Assembly: GCA_049515535.1 (NCBI GenBank)
Contig: JBEKTZ010000005.1
Coordinates: 1 to 64,000 of the forward strand
DNA: 64,000 bases
Reading direction: 5' to 3'
From: Candidatus Aminicenantales bacterium
Lineage (GTDB): Bacteria; Acidobacteriota; Aminicenantia; Aminicenantales; UBA4085
Below are positions 1 to 9,125 of the stretch, piece after piece; positions within the stretch are counted from its first letter, which is position 1; each line of letters begins with the position of its first letter. The position numbers and the translations under genes are program-made. Under the pieces are notes generated by a model. It ran no database searches. It saw only the letters and a program-made list of their open reading frames with translations, and had not been told where the DNA came from.

Positions 1-24
1 AAATTGCATTACACTCTATATATA

Positions 25-40
25 TGCAATCATCATGCCA
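25..40 (-). promoter_or_regulatory. sigma-54 (-24/-12) promoter pointing out of the window, probably for the pilin gene
   Basis: Minus strand reads TGGCATGATGATTGCA, matching TGGCAC-N5-TTGCW with exact spacing; lies just downstream of pilR. Confidence 0.8.
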
Positions 41-56
41 AGTTAAACAAGACATA

Positions 57-69
57 TAACTAATTGATA
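57..69 (-). promoter_or_regulatory. IHF binding site
   Basis: Minus strand TATCAATTAGTTA matches WATCAANNNNTTR, between the sigma-54 promoter and the enhancer palindromes. Confidence 0.65.
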
Positions 70-103
70 TTAAACATTATACTAAATTTTTTAGATAAAA
101 CCA

Positions 104-151
104 TGACAATAAAAGTTAACATATTATGTCACCATGTGACAATTATTGTCA
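104..151. promoter_or_regulatory. Upstream activator sites, probably PilR boxes
   Basis: Palindrome TGACAAT-T-ATTGTCA at 137-151, plus TGACAA and ATGTCA half-sites at 104-131. Confidence 0.6.
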
Positions 152-1570
152 TCTTTGAGGAGGGGGAATGACGCCCGTTCTTCCATTTCCCTGTTCGATC
201 TTCTTAAGGGACTTGATCTTGAACTTATCCAGAAGATATCTCAGGGATCTGTAACTGAGTCCGAGGACTTCGGCCATTTTTCTCATATTGCCGCCGACCA
301 TCTGACCGGCTTCCTGGAGGTATCCCTTCGCGACCTGATCGAGATGCTCTTCAAGATTGAATCCCGGCTTGAGAGTGACCTGCTCTTCGTCTTTGCGGCG
401 GGCATTTATGATTTCCGCCGGCAGACAGTTGACCGTGATCGTTTCGCGCTCCTCCACGGCCACGATCCGCTCGATGATATTTTCCAGCTCCCGGACGTTT
501 CCCGGCCATCTATATGTTTCCAAGATGCCGAAGACTTCGGGCGTCAGCCTTTTCATCTTACGGTTGAGCTTGTCGCAATGCTTCTGTAGAAAAAACGCCA
601 CGAGGAGGGGGATGTCTTCGACCCGCTTGTGCAACGCCGGCATTTCGAACGATATGACGTTGAGACGGTAGAAAAGCTCCTCCCGGAACTTTCCCTCCTC
701 GATCCGCTTTTTCAGATCCTGGTTCGTCGCGGCGATGATCCGGACGTCAACCGGGATTTCTTCGGTTCCGCCGACCCGCCGGACCGTCCGTTCCTGGAGG
801 ACACGGAAAAGCTTGACCTGGGTCCAGGGCGACATTTCGGCCACTTCATCCAGGAAGACCGTCCCGGCCTGGGCCGTTTCGAACATGCCGCGCTTGTCGG
901 AAACGGCGCCCGTGAACGATCCCTTGGTATGGCCGAAGAGCTCGCTCTCCAGGAGGTTCTCCGGAAGGGCCGCGCAATTGATCGAAACGAAGGGATGGTC
1001 ACGGCGGCGGCTGAGGGCGTGGATGGCCCGGGCGGCCATCTCCTTGCCCGTTCCGCTCTCTCCCGAGATGATGACGGTCGAATCCGTGGCGGCCACCTTT
1101 TCGATCAGGCCGAAAATCTCCCGCATGATTTTGCTCTTCCCGATCATCTTCTCGAAGCTGGCTTCCTCGCGGAACGTTTTCTTGAGAAGGATGTTCTCCT
1201 GGCGGAGTTTCCGTTGCTCGAGTCCGCGCGAGACAAGGACTTTCAGCTCTTCGATGTCGAACGGCTTGACGACATAATCCAGGGCTCCGATTCTCAACGC
1301 TTCCACGGCCTGTTTGACGCTTGCATAGGCCGTGATCATGATGACGGGAGCCGTCGGGTTCTGCTTCTTGACGTGCCGAAGAAGCTCCATCCCGTCGACT
1401 TGGGGCATCTTGATATCACAGATGAGGAGGTCGAAATCGCTTTGATCGATGAGATCGTAAACTTTCGGCGTCCCCGGATTCGTCTTGACCTGGTAGCCTT
1501 CTTTCCGGAAAACGACCCCGAGAAGATCCAGGATGCTTTTTTCGTCATCGACGATCAATATGGTTTCCAT
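149..1570 (-). CDS. pilR: Sigma-54-dependent response regulator (REC-AAA+-HTH), PilR
   Basis: REC (ILIVDDE, DIKMP), GESGTGKE, ESELFGH-GSFTGA, WPGNVREL; downstream of pilS and pilC. Confidence 0.9.
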   Translation of the reverse strand: METILIVDDEKSILDLLGVVFRKEGYQVKTNPGTPKVYDLIDQSDFDLLICDIKMPQVDGMELLRHVKKQNPTAPVIMITAYASVKQAVEALRIGALDYVVKPFDIEELKVLVSRGLEQRKLRQENILLKKTFREEASFEKMIGKSKIMREIFGLIEKVAATDSTVIISGESGTGKEMAARAIHALSRRRDHPFVSINCAALPENLLESELFGHTKGSFTGAVSDKRGMFETAQAGTVFLDEVAEMSPWTQVKLFRVLQERTVRRVGGTEEIPVDVRIIAATNQDLKKRIEEGKFREELFYRLNVISFEMPALHKRVEDIPLLVAFFLQKHCDKLNRKMKRLTPEVFGILETYRWPGNVRELENIIERIVAVEERETITVNCLPAEIINARRKDEEQVTLKPGFNLEEHLDQVAKGYLQEAGQMVGGNMRKMAEVLGLSYRSLRYLLDKFKIKSLKKIEQGNGRTGVIPPPQR

Positions 1571-2856
1571 CACAAACCTCTCAATTCCCCGCCTTCTTTC
1601 TTCGCGGCCTTCAGCGGCAGCGTGATCAGGATTTCCGTCCCCTTGTCCGCCGCGGAGGAAACACGGATCTTTCCCTCATAGTCGTCCACGATCTTCTGAA
1701 CGACCGCGAGGCCCAAGCCCCGGCCGCCTTCGAACCGGGAATAAAAAGGCTCGAACATGCGCTCCTGCTCGTTCTGAGTCATCCCCTTCCCCGTATCGGC
1801 GAAGCGGAGGCTCAGCCGATCCTTGCCTTCGCGGAGCCAATCAATGGACAGACTCCCGCCCTGGGGCATGGCCTGAAGGGCGTTCCGGATCAAATTCCAG
1901 AAGATCTGCTTGAACTGGCTGGGGCTGCCGAAAAAAACGGCCTTTGTCGTCTCGAAATTTCCGCTGATCGCGATCCGGCCGTCGAGATCGCCGCTCATAT
2001 TGAGCATGATCAGCGTTTCTCTCAGCATGAAGGACAGATCGAACGTGGTGAAAACCTCTTTTCCGGGAGAGGCGAGATTTAAAAACTGGTCGATCGACTG
2101 GGACACGCGCCGGGATTCCTTGAGAACGATATCCATCAGGGTGGACTGTTCCGCGTTCAAGGCCAGCTCGTTTTTAAGGACCTGAACCGAACCCGAGATC
2201 GCCGCGAGGGGGTTGCGGATCTCGTGGGCGATGAGCGCCGACATGCGGCCGGCCGCTGCCTGGCGTTCCTTGATTTCGAGTTCCCGCCGGGCATCCGCCA
2301 GAGCTTCGCGCGTATTCCTGAGGCTCATAGCCAGATGATTGACGAGGAAGGCCATGACGAAAAAAAGCGCCCAGGCCAGGAAGATCGTGTACAAGAGCAG
2401 CCCGATCGAGAGCTCACGGAACTGATCCTCACGGAAATAGGGGATCAGGCCGTAAAACATCCCGTCGGCGAGCGCGCCGAAAAGAATCGCCGCCAGAGAC
2501 GCCGCGAAATAGGCGGCGCGATTCCCCAGGACCAGGCTGGCGGCCACGATCGCCAAGATATAAACAAAATAAAGATTGCCGCCGACGCCTCCGGAAATAT
2601 AAACGAAGGCCGTGATCAAGAAGAGGTCGAACAGGATCTGCAGGTAAGCCTGGAAGCGGAAGTGGGCATCCCAGCGGAAAAGCAAAAGATAAAGCAGACT
2701 GAGGGCATAGGAGCTCGAAATCAGAATATAGAAAGGCCCGAGAGGAAGGAAGGAGACCGTGGACAGCTGGATGACGATGGCGGCCACGAGGAGGGTCGTG
2801 ACGATGATCAGGCGCGCGATGATCATCGACGGGATGTTCTGCTTGACGATCGTCAT
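1570..2856 (-). CDS. pilS: Membrane sensor histidine kinase, PilS
   Basis: About 6 N-terminal TM segments, AHEIRNPL H-box, NLIRNA, DTGKGM, GRGLGL. Confidence 0.88.
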   Translation of the reverse strand: MTIVKQNIPSMIIARLIIVTTLLVAAIVIQLSTVSFLPLGPFYILISSSYALSLLYLLLFRWDAHFRFQAYLQILFDLFLITAFVYISGGVGGNLYFVYILAIVAASLVLGNRAAYFAASLAAILFGALADGMFYGLIPYFREDQFRELSIGLLLYTIFLAWALFFVMAFLVNHLAMSLRNTREALADARRELEIKERQAAAGRMSALIAHEIRNPLAAISGSVQVLKNELALNAEQSTLMDIVLKESRRVSQSIDQFLNLASPGKEVFTTFDLSFMLRETLIMLNMSGDLDGRIAISGNFETTKAVFFGSPSQFKQIFWNLIRNALQAMPQGGSLSIDWLREGKDRLSLRFADTGKGMTQNEQERMFEPFYSRFEGGRGLGLAVVQKIVDDYEGKIRVSSAADKGTEILITLPLKAAKKEGGELRGL

Positions 2857-4058
2857 TGGATTTGCGACATCAGACTGAAGATCGGCAGATACATGGACAG
2901 GATGAGACTCCCGACGATCCCGCCCACGAGGATGAGGAGAACGGGCTCGAGGGCGGACAGGAGCGCCGCCACGGACGTCGTGACTTCGTCGTCATAAAAT
3001 TCGGCGACCTTGCTGAGCATCTGGTCCAGAGTTCCCGTCGCCTCGCCGACGCTGACCATCTGGGACATCATGAAAGGAAAGCGGCCCGTGGACTTGAAGG
3101 CCTGGGTCAGGCTTTTGCCTTCCGAGACCTGACGTCGGGCATCCATGACGCTTTTCTCGATGATCACGTTGCCGGCCGTCGACGCCGTGATCTTGAGGCT
3201 TTCTAGCATCGACACCCCCCCCGCGAGCAGCGTGCTCAGCGTGCGCGTGACCCGGGAGATGGCCACCTTGGTCAGCAGCTTTCCGAAGACGGGCAGTCTC
3301 AGGAGCAAACGATCCACCGTCCATTGTCCCTGTTGGGTCTTGTGGAAATAGCGGAAGAGAAAGAGGGCCGAGACGAGGCTCAAAGCGATATACAGGATAT
3401 TGTTCGAGACGAAGTTGCTCAATTTGATGACACCCAGGGTCAGGAAGGGCAGTTGCGCGTTGAGATCCTGGAAAATATTGGCGAAGATGGGGATAACTTT
3501 CCACATCAAAAAAATCGAGACCAGAAAAGCGAAAATGATGATGGCCGAGGGATAGATCATCGCCTGCCGGACTTGAGCCCGGAGCTTCACGATCTTCTCG
3601 ATATATTCGGCGAGGCGCTGGAGCATGATATCGAGCGATCCGCTCTGTTCGCCCGAGGCGACCAGGTTGCAGTAGAGATCGTCGAAAGCTTTGGGGAATT
3701 TCCGCATCGCCTGGTTCAGGCTGGCCCCGGCCTCGACGTCCTCGCGCACGCGCGTAAGGGCCGACTTGAAATACTTATTCTTCGTCTGCTCGGCGAGGAT
3801 GTTCAGGCTCTGGATCAGCGGCAGCTCGGCATCGATCAGCACCGAAAGCTGGCGGCTGTATGCGGCCAGTTCCTTGTGTTTGATCTTCTCCCGTTTCAAG
3901 AACGGGATTTTGGTCTGACCTTTCTTGGGAGCGATGGCTGAGACCGAGATCTGCTCTTTTTGGAGGACGCGGGCCAGCTCTTCAGGCGAGGCCGCAACGC
4001 GCTCTCCGCCGACCGAGTCCCCGAATTTGTTTCGCCCCTTCCAGACGTAAATGGCCAT
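2853..4058 (-). CDS. pilC: Type IV pilus platform protein PilC (T2SSF family)
   Basis: GEQSGSLD and GEATGTLD repeats, AMIYP, MYLPIF C-terminus. Confidence 0.95.
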   Translation of the reverse strand: MAIYVWKGRNKFGDSVGGERVAASPEELARVLQKEQISVSAIAPKKGQTKIPFLKREKIKHKELAAYSRQLSVLIDAELPLIQSLNILAEQTKNKYFKSALTRVREDVEAGASLNQAMRKFPKAFDDLYCNLVASGEQSGSLDIMLQRLAEYIEKIVKLRAQVRQAMIYPSAIIIFAFLVSIFLMWKVIPIFANIFQDLNAQLPFLTLGVIKLSNFVSNNILYIALSLVSALFLFRYFHKTQQGQWTVDRLLLRLPVFGKLLTKVAISRVTRTLSTLLAGGVSMLESLKITASTAGNVIIEKSVMDARRQVSEGKSLTQAFKSTGRFPFMMSQMVSVGEATGTLDQMLSKVAEFYDDEVTTSVAALLSALEPVLLILVGGIVGSLILSMYLPIFSLMSQIQ

Positions 4059-4069
4059 GTTCGTTCCCC

Positions 4070-5185
4070 TTATCGTTTAGCGTTCAGGCCGAGGTTGAGG
4101 GTCGTCGGCCGGAACGCATCCTTTCTTTGGATGATGTCCGTCAGCTCCTCGGGAAAGGACGTGACGGACATGGCGGTTTCGAGAGTGATGAGCTTATTGA
4201 AATAAAGGTAGGACAGGGATTGGTTGAACGTCTGCATCCCGAACTTCTCCTGGCCGAGCTGCATCTGGGAATAAATCTGATGAAGTTTGTTCTCGCGGAT
4301 TAGGTTCCGGATGGCGGCGTTGGGAATGAGAATCTCCATGGCCAAGACGCGGCCTTTCCCGTCGGCGCGCGGCAGCAGGGCCTGGGTGAGCACCGCCTCC
4401 AGCGACATGGAGAGCATGATCCGCGCCTGGGTCTGGCGCTGCTGGGGAAAGATATCGACGATCCGAGAAATCGTCTCGGAGGCGGAATTCGTATGCAGCG
4501 TCGAAAACGTGAGATGGCCGGTTTCCGCAACACGGAGGGTCGCTTCCACGGTTTCCTGATCGCGCATTTCCCCGACGAAGACGACGTCAGGGTCTTCCCG
4601 GAGCACCGAGCGCAGGGCGTTCCCGTAGGACAACGTGTCCGCGTAAAGCTCGCGCTGGTTGATGAGGGCCTTTTTCGGCGTGAAGAAGTATTCGATGGGA
4701 TCTTCGATCGTCACGATATGGACGCTCCGCTCGTCGTTGATATGATCGATCATGCAGGCCAGGGTCGTGGACTTCCCGCAGCCGGTCGGTCCCGTGACGA
4801 GGATCAGCCCGCGCGGCAGATAGCAAAGCTGGGAGATCCTCTGGGGAATCCCCAGCTTCTGGAAGCTCCACATCGAGGGGAGGAAGCGGCGGATGGCCGC
4901 GGCGACCGCGCCTTTCTGCATGAAGATATTGGCCCGGAACCGTCCCAGGTCCTTGATCCCGAAGGACAAATCCAATTCCAGCTTTTCCTCGAACTGTTTT
5001 TTTTGCTTATCGGCCAGGATGCTGTAAATGAGCTGTTTGGTTTCGGCCGGGCTGAGAGGCGGATGATCGATCGTGACGAACGTGCCGTGGACCCGCATCC
5101 TAGGCGGGATAAAGGTCGTGATATGAAGATCGCTGGCGTCGGCGTCGACCGTCATCTTGAGCAGATCCTGGATCGTTAAAAGCAT
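4070..5185 (-). CDS. pilT: Type IV pilus retraction ATPase PilT
   Basis: ASDLHI, GPTGCGKST, TIEDPIE, LREDPD, AETGH, AIRNLIRE signature. Confidence 0.96.
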   Translation of the reverse strand: MLLTIQDLLKMTVDADASDLHITTFIPPRMRVHGTFVTIDHPPLSPAETKQLIYSILADKQKKQFEEKLELDLSFGIKDLGRFRANIFMQKGAVAAAIRRFLPSMWSFQKLGIPQRISQLCYLPRGLILVTGPTGCGKSTTLACMIDHINDERSVHIVTIEDPIEYFFTPKKALINQRELYADTLSYGNALRSVLREDPDVVFVGEMRDQETVEATLRVAETGHLTFSTLHTNSASETISRIVDIFPQQRQTQARIMLSMSLEAVLTQALLPRADGKGRVLAMEILIPNAAIRNLIRENKLHQIYSQMQLGQEKFGMQTFNQSLSYLYFNKLITLETAMSVTSFPEELTDIIQRKDAFRPTTLNLGLNAKR

Positions 5186-5195
5186 GAGCGTTCCC

Positions 5196-6920
5196 CTAAT
5201 CCTTGACCGTTTCCCGCAGGACTTCTTCGATCGTCGTGATCCCCGCCTTGATCTTGACGAGGCCGCTTCGCCGAAGCGTGGTCATGCCCTGTTCGATGGC
5301 TTTCTTCTTGATCTCCCTGGCCTGAGCCCTAGCGAGGATGAGATCGCGGATCTCGGGCGAGACTTCCATGACCTCGAACAAACCCGTCCGGCCCTTGTAG
5401 CCCGAGTGGTTGCAGGCATCGCAGCCTCTCGCCTGGAGAACGGATATGGATTCCGCCTCTTGCGGTGAGAAACCGATTTCAGCAAGGGACTTGGCGGAGG
5501 GTTTCTGCGGCAGCGCGCATTTCCTGCAGACGCGCCGGACAAGCCTTTGGGCGGCGATGAGGATCACGGAATCGGCGATGAGGAACGGCTCGACGTTCAT
5601 GTTCATGAGCCGGTGGATCGTACTCGCCGAATCGTTGGTGTGGACCGTGGAAAAAACCAGGTGGCCGGTGAGGGCGGCTTTAATGGCGATGTCCACGGTC
5701 TCGGCATCGCGCATTTCGCCGACGAGCATGATATCGGGGTCCTGCCGGAGGAAGGCCCGCAGCGCCGTGGCGAAATCCAGGTGGATCTCTTCCTTGATAT
5801 TGACCTGGTTGATGCCTGGAATATAGAACTCGACCGGATCCTCGGCCGTCATGATGTTCTTTTCGAGCGCGTTCAGCGTCGAGACGGCCGAATAGAGCGT
5901 GTTGGTCTTGCCGCTCCCGGTGGGGCCCGTGACCAGGACGATTCCCCAGGGTCGCACGATCGCCCGTTTGAAGATCTCGAGCGATTCCGGCTCGAAGCCG
6001 AGCTGGGTCAGGTCGATCCTGAGCATGTCGCGATCGAGGATGCGGGAGACGATCTTCTCGCCGAAAATCGTCGGCAGAGAAGAGACACGCATATCCACTT
6101 CCCGGCGGCCGTTCTTTTCGAGCCTCACCCGCATCTTGATCCGGCCGTCTTGGGGCAGCCGTTTTTCGGCGATATTCATGTTCGACAGGATCTTGACGCG
6201 CGAGAGCACCGGGTCCTTGAACTTCATCGGCAGGTTCATGATTTCATAAAGCACTCCGTCGACCCGGTATCGGACCCGGAAGGATTTTTCATACGGCTCG
6301 AAATGGACGTCGCTCGCCCCTTTCTTGATAGCCTCGACGAAGATGCCGTTCACCATGGTGATGATGGGCGCTTCGTCCGGAGGCGGCTCGACGTCCGTGG
6401 CGTCATAGTCCTCTTTTCCCTCTTCGACGATCGTGATCTTGGAGTCGTCGGCCAAAGCGATGTCCTCGACGGCCTTCTTGATCTTCAGCGCATTGGAGAC
6501 GCCGTAGTACTTGGTGATGGCGTTCATGATCCCGTTTTCCGAGGCGATCACGGGCTGGATGCTGAGGCCCGTCCGGAACCGGATATCCTCGATGACATCG
6601 AGGTTGGTGGGGTCAGCCATCGCCAGAGTGAGGAAGGAACGGATCCGATGGAGGGGCATGATCAGGTATTTCTTGGCCGCGTCCGCCTGGATCAGGTTAA
6701 GGACATCGGGATAGACATCGAACTGCTCGATATCGACATAGGGATAGCCCAGGCTGCGGCTCAGCCCTTGGGCCATCTCTTCGCCGGTCACATAACCGAG
6801 GGCGAGGATGGCGCTTCCAAGCGGAACATCATGCTTTTTCTGGAATTCCTGGGAAGATTTGAGTTCCTCGAGCGTGATGAGTTTTTCATGCACGAGAATT
6901 TCGCCGAGAGTCGAAGCCAT
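5196..6920 (-). CDS. pilB: Type IV pilus assembly ATPase PilB
   Basis: MshEN-like N-terminus, ASDVHFEP, RLPQDGR, GPTGSGKT, LRQDPD, tetra-Cys CRKC...CDAC. Confidence 0.96.
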   Translation of the reverse strand: MASTLGEILVHEKLITLEELKSSQEFQKKHDVPLGSAILALGYVTGEEMAQGLSRSLGYPYVDIEQFDVYPDVLNLIQADAAKKYLIMPLHRIRSFLTLAMADPTNLDVIEDIRFRTGLSIQPVIASENGIMNAITKYYGVSNALKIKKAVEDIALADDSKITIVEEGKEDYDATDVEPPPDEAPIITMVNGIFVEAIKKGASDVHFEPYEKSFRVRYRVDGVLYEIMNLPMKFKDPVLSRVKILSNMNIAEKRLPQDGRIKMRVRLEKNGRREVDMRVSSLPTIFGEKIVSRILDRDMLRIDLTQLGFEPESLEIFKRAIVRPWGIVLVTGPTGSGKTNTLYSAVSTLNALEKNIMTAEDPVEFYIPGINQVNIKEEIHLDFATALRAFLRQDPDIMLVGEMRDAETVDIAIKAALTGHLVFSTVHTNDSASTIHRLMNMNVEPFLIADSVILIAAQRLVRRVCRKCALPQKPSAKSLAEIGFSPQEAESISVLQARGCDACNHSGYKGRTGLFEVMEVSPEIRDLILARAQAREIKKKAIEQGMTTLRRSGLVKIKAGITTIEEVLRETVKD

Positions 6921-7252
6921 CTTTACTCCTCTTTTCCAACCTTAAGCGAAGTGACAATATTTGTCAACTTTGCCTCTTCCTTTTATATGACGTCCGGGCA
7001 TCCCGATTTTCTCTACGACTTTCCATAAATTGCAACTTTTTGCTCCATTTCGCCTATGATAATCGCAGGATTGCCAATTTTGGTCAATCGCCTTGGCGGA
7101 GGATTGCCAAGGTGATTTTTGCCAATATCATCTCACCCCAAAGGACTAATTGCCAAATATTGTCATTTTGTAAATTATCCGAGGATCTTTAATCCGGGAA
7201 GGGGAAGGAGAATATTTATAAAGGCTCTCTGAGGATTCGAGCCGGTAGCTCG

Positions 7253-7735
7253 CTATTTTCTAAGCCTTCTAAACTCCCACGGCGGGATGGGGTTGGGACG
7301 GGACCAGAGTCCTATTTTTTCGCGCCTGGCTTCTTCCTCCGCCCTGGCCAGCGTCGCATCATGCGAATATCTTTTAAAATGCCAAGCGAGACCTGATTTG
7401 ACGAGCTCCAGGGATAGGTCCCGATCCCCGATGATGATTCGTCCCAACGTCCGCCCATAATCATCGCGGCCCTTCTCTTTGACGAGAACATTTTTTCCGA
7501 AGACCGCGGCCGAGGTGAACTGCCTGGCCCTTGTGCCGAAGTCCTGGCCCAACTCGGGGCAGTCGATCCCTTCCAGTCTGATTTTCACGGCCCTTCCATT
7601 TTTGAGGACCGAAATGGTGTCGCCGTCGTTGACGCCGACGCATGTCCCGGAAAAGTCCGCTCCTTGCGCCTGCGCGAAAAAGACAAAGAGAACGATCAGG
7701 ATCTTTGAAATGGCCGCGATAAATTCTGAGAACAT
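7253..7735 (-). CDS. Secreted thermonuclease (SNase family)
   Basis: Signal-like N-terminus, VNDGDTI, IRLEGIDCPE, DDYGRTLG, GLW...PPWEFR. Confidence 0.9.
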   Translation of the reverse strand: MFSEFIAAISKILIVLFVFFAQAQGADFSGTCVGVNDGDTISVLKNGRAVKIRLEGIDCPELGQDFGTRARQFTSAAVFGKNVLVKEKGRDDYGRTLGRIIIGDRDLSLELVKSGLAWHFKRYSHDATLARAEEEARREKIGLWSRPNPIPPWEFRRLRK

Positions 7736-7805
7736 CCCTTCGCCTTGGATCTATTTTATGCTGCAAAAAAAGGCGGGTCAATGGAGAACAAGAGAAAAAG
7801 GAACG

Positions 7806-7919
7806 CGCCGTCACAAGGTCAATCCCGGCCTCAACCATTTTGCTGGCTGCATGGTGTCTCTGGTCATGAAACCTCAGGCCTTTGATTCCAGCTCTCCGGC
7901 GCGCGGCCTTGAAAAACAT
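7806..7919 (-). pseudogene. Tyrosine recombinase (integrase) relic, box II fragment
   Basis: Translates FKAARRRAGIKGLRFHDQRHHAASKMVEAGIDLVTA (HDLRH box), then loses similarity before LGH and the catalytic Tyr; no N-terminus. Confidence 0.75.
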
Positions 7920-7983
7920 CTAGTTTTTTAGGCCAATATCGAAATAGACCTGGAAATTGTCCCAGTATATGCCGTTTTTTTGA

Positions 7984-8451
7984 TTATTTATCTACCTTCA
8001 CTTCGACTGCCGGTTTCTCCGTCGTTTCTTCTATTTCCTTTTTCATCGTTGCCTTGCCTTCTTCGGGGGATTCCGTCGTTTTCTGGCTTTTGCCGCCTTC
8101 CTGTACTTTCGGAGGGGCTGCTTTCTTTTCCGCTTTTATCTTTTTTCCCTTGCCCTCTTCGGGGGCTTTCTTAGGCTTCTCGACTTTACCGCCTTCCTGT
8201 TCTTTCAGGGGGGCTGCCGCCCTTTCCGCCTTTATCTTCGCCATCTCTTCCGTTCTCTTTTCGTTGTCGGCAATCAGCCTCAGCCTGCTCTTCACGGCCC
8301 TGATATTTGCCTTCAATTTTCTAACGAGAGTATCTTCATCGGCCCTGGGAGATACGATCCCCTTCCCAGACAGGAAAGACAGCCGATCTTTCAGTTTTTG
8401 TTCGAAATATGCCTTTTGCCGCATTAGCATCTGCTTCCGCTTTAATCCCAT
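7984..8451 (-). CDS. Hypothetical Lys/Glu-rich protein with an internal duplication
   Basis: GAGGAGG RBS; two copies of about AAP..QEGGK......PEEGK; lower GC than flanks. Confidence 0.7.
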   Translation of the reverse strand: MGLKRKQMLMRQKAYFEQKLKDRLSFLSGKGIVSPRADEDTLVRKLKANIRAVKSRLRLIADNEKRTEEMAKIKAERAAAPLKEQEGGKVEKPKKAPEEGKGKKIKAEKKAAPPKVQEGGKSQKTTESPEEGKATMKKEIEETTEKPAVEVKVDK

Positions 8452-8864
8452 TTCTTCCTCCTCTCCAATTCAGTTATTTTTCTCCGCCAAATCAAAGATT
8501 ATGCAGAGCTTTCTTTTCCCTGTCGGCAGATAATAACCGAGGGTATGTATATCAGGGTTTTCGCCAAAAAGCCATCGCATTTTAGGAGGATCGACCGGGG
8601 CTACATCTAGAATGTTTCAAGATACTATTTGGATATTTCGATTCAATGTTGCTCTTTTCTTTCGATCCCTCGTTTTTTCTTCTTAAATGCTCCCTCATCG
8701 CTTCGCTTTCTCTGTATTGGCGTGCTTCTAATATCTTCGTGATCTCAATATCTGCCTTATACTTTTTGGCTCATTTTCACCGGAAGGGAAAGTCTATTGT
8801 CTTTCTGCCGGTGCGGCGGGGTTTCTTTTCCCGACATGCTCTTCGTGCACTGATTTCGTGGTTA

Positions 8865-8894
8865 TTGACAGTGCCGCCCGGCCGACGATATACT
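8865..8894 (+). promoter_or_regulatory. sigma-70 promoter upstream of the GT-C gene
   Basis: TTGACA-N18-TATACT. Confidence 0.55.
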
Positions 8895-8931
8895 TCCAGT
8901 ATGGTTAGGAGGCTAGATTCATTGTCCGGAG

Positions 8932-8983
8932 CGGGAATTCAGCACAACGCGATATTTATTATCGGGAATTCACCACAACGCGA
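8932..8983. repeat. 21-bp direct repeat pair with 31-bp period
   Basis: CGGGAATTCAGCACAACGCGA and CGGGAATTCACCACAACGCGA, 1 mismatch, spacer TATTTATTAT. Confidence 0.8.
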
Positions 8984-9125
8984 AAAAAGGAAATCCTTAA
9001 CGGGCGGCGATAGCTTGGCCGTGACCTGGCAGGGGCCGGGCTTCGGCCGTCAACCGGTTCCCGCGTCCGCGCTTTTCCATAAACCTTGAGACGGCGACAC
9101 GGACTCCGTGAGCGTTCGGGCTGAG

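Noticed and set aside
7220..7250. Second att copy of the tRNA 3' end (GAGGATTCGAGCC)
   Set aside because: Match to either tRNA is too short and degenerate.
8932..8983. Mini-CRISPR array
   Set aside because: Only two repeats, a 10-nt spacer and no cas genes.
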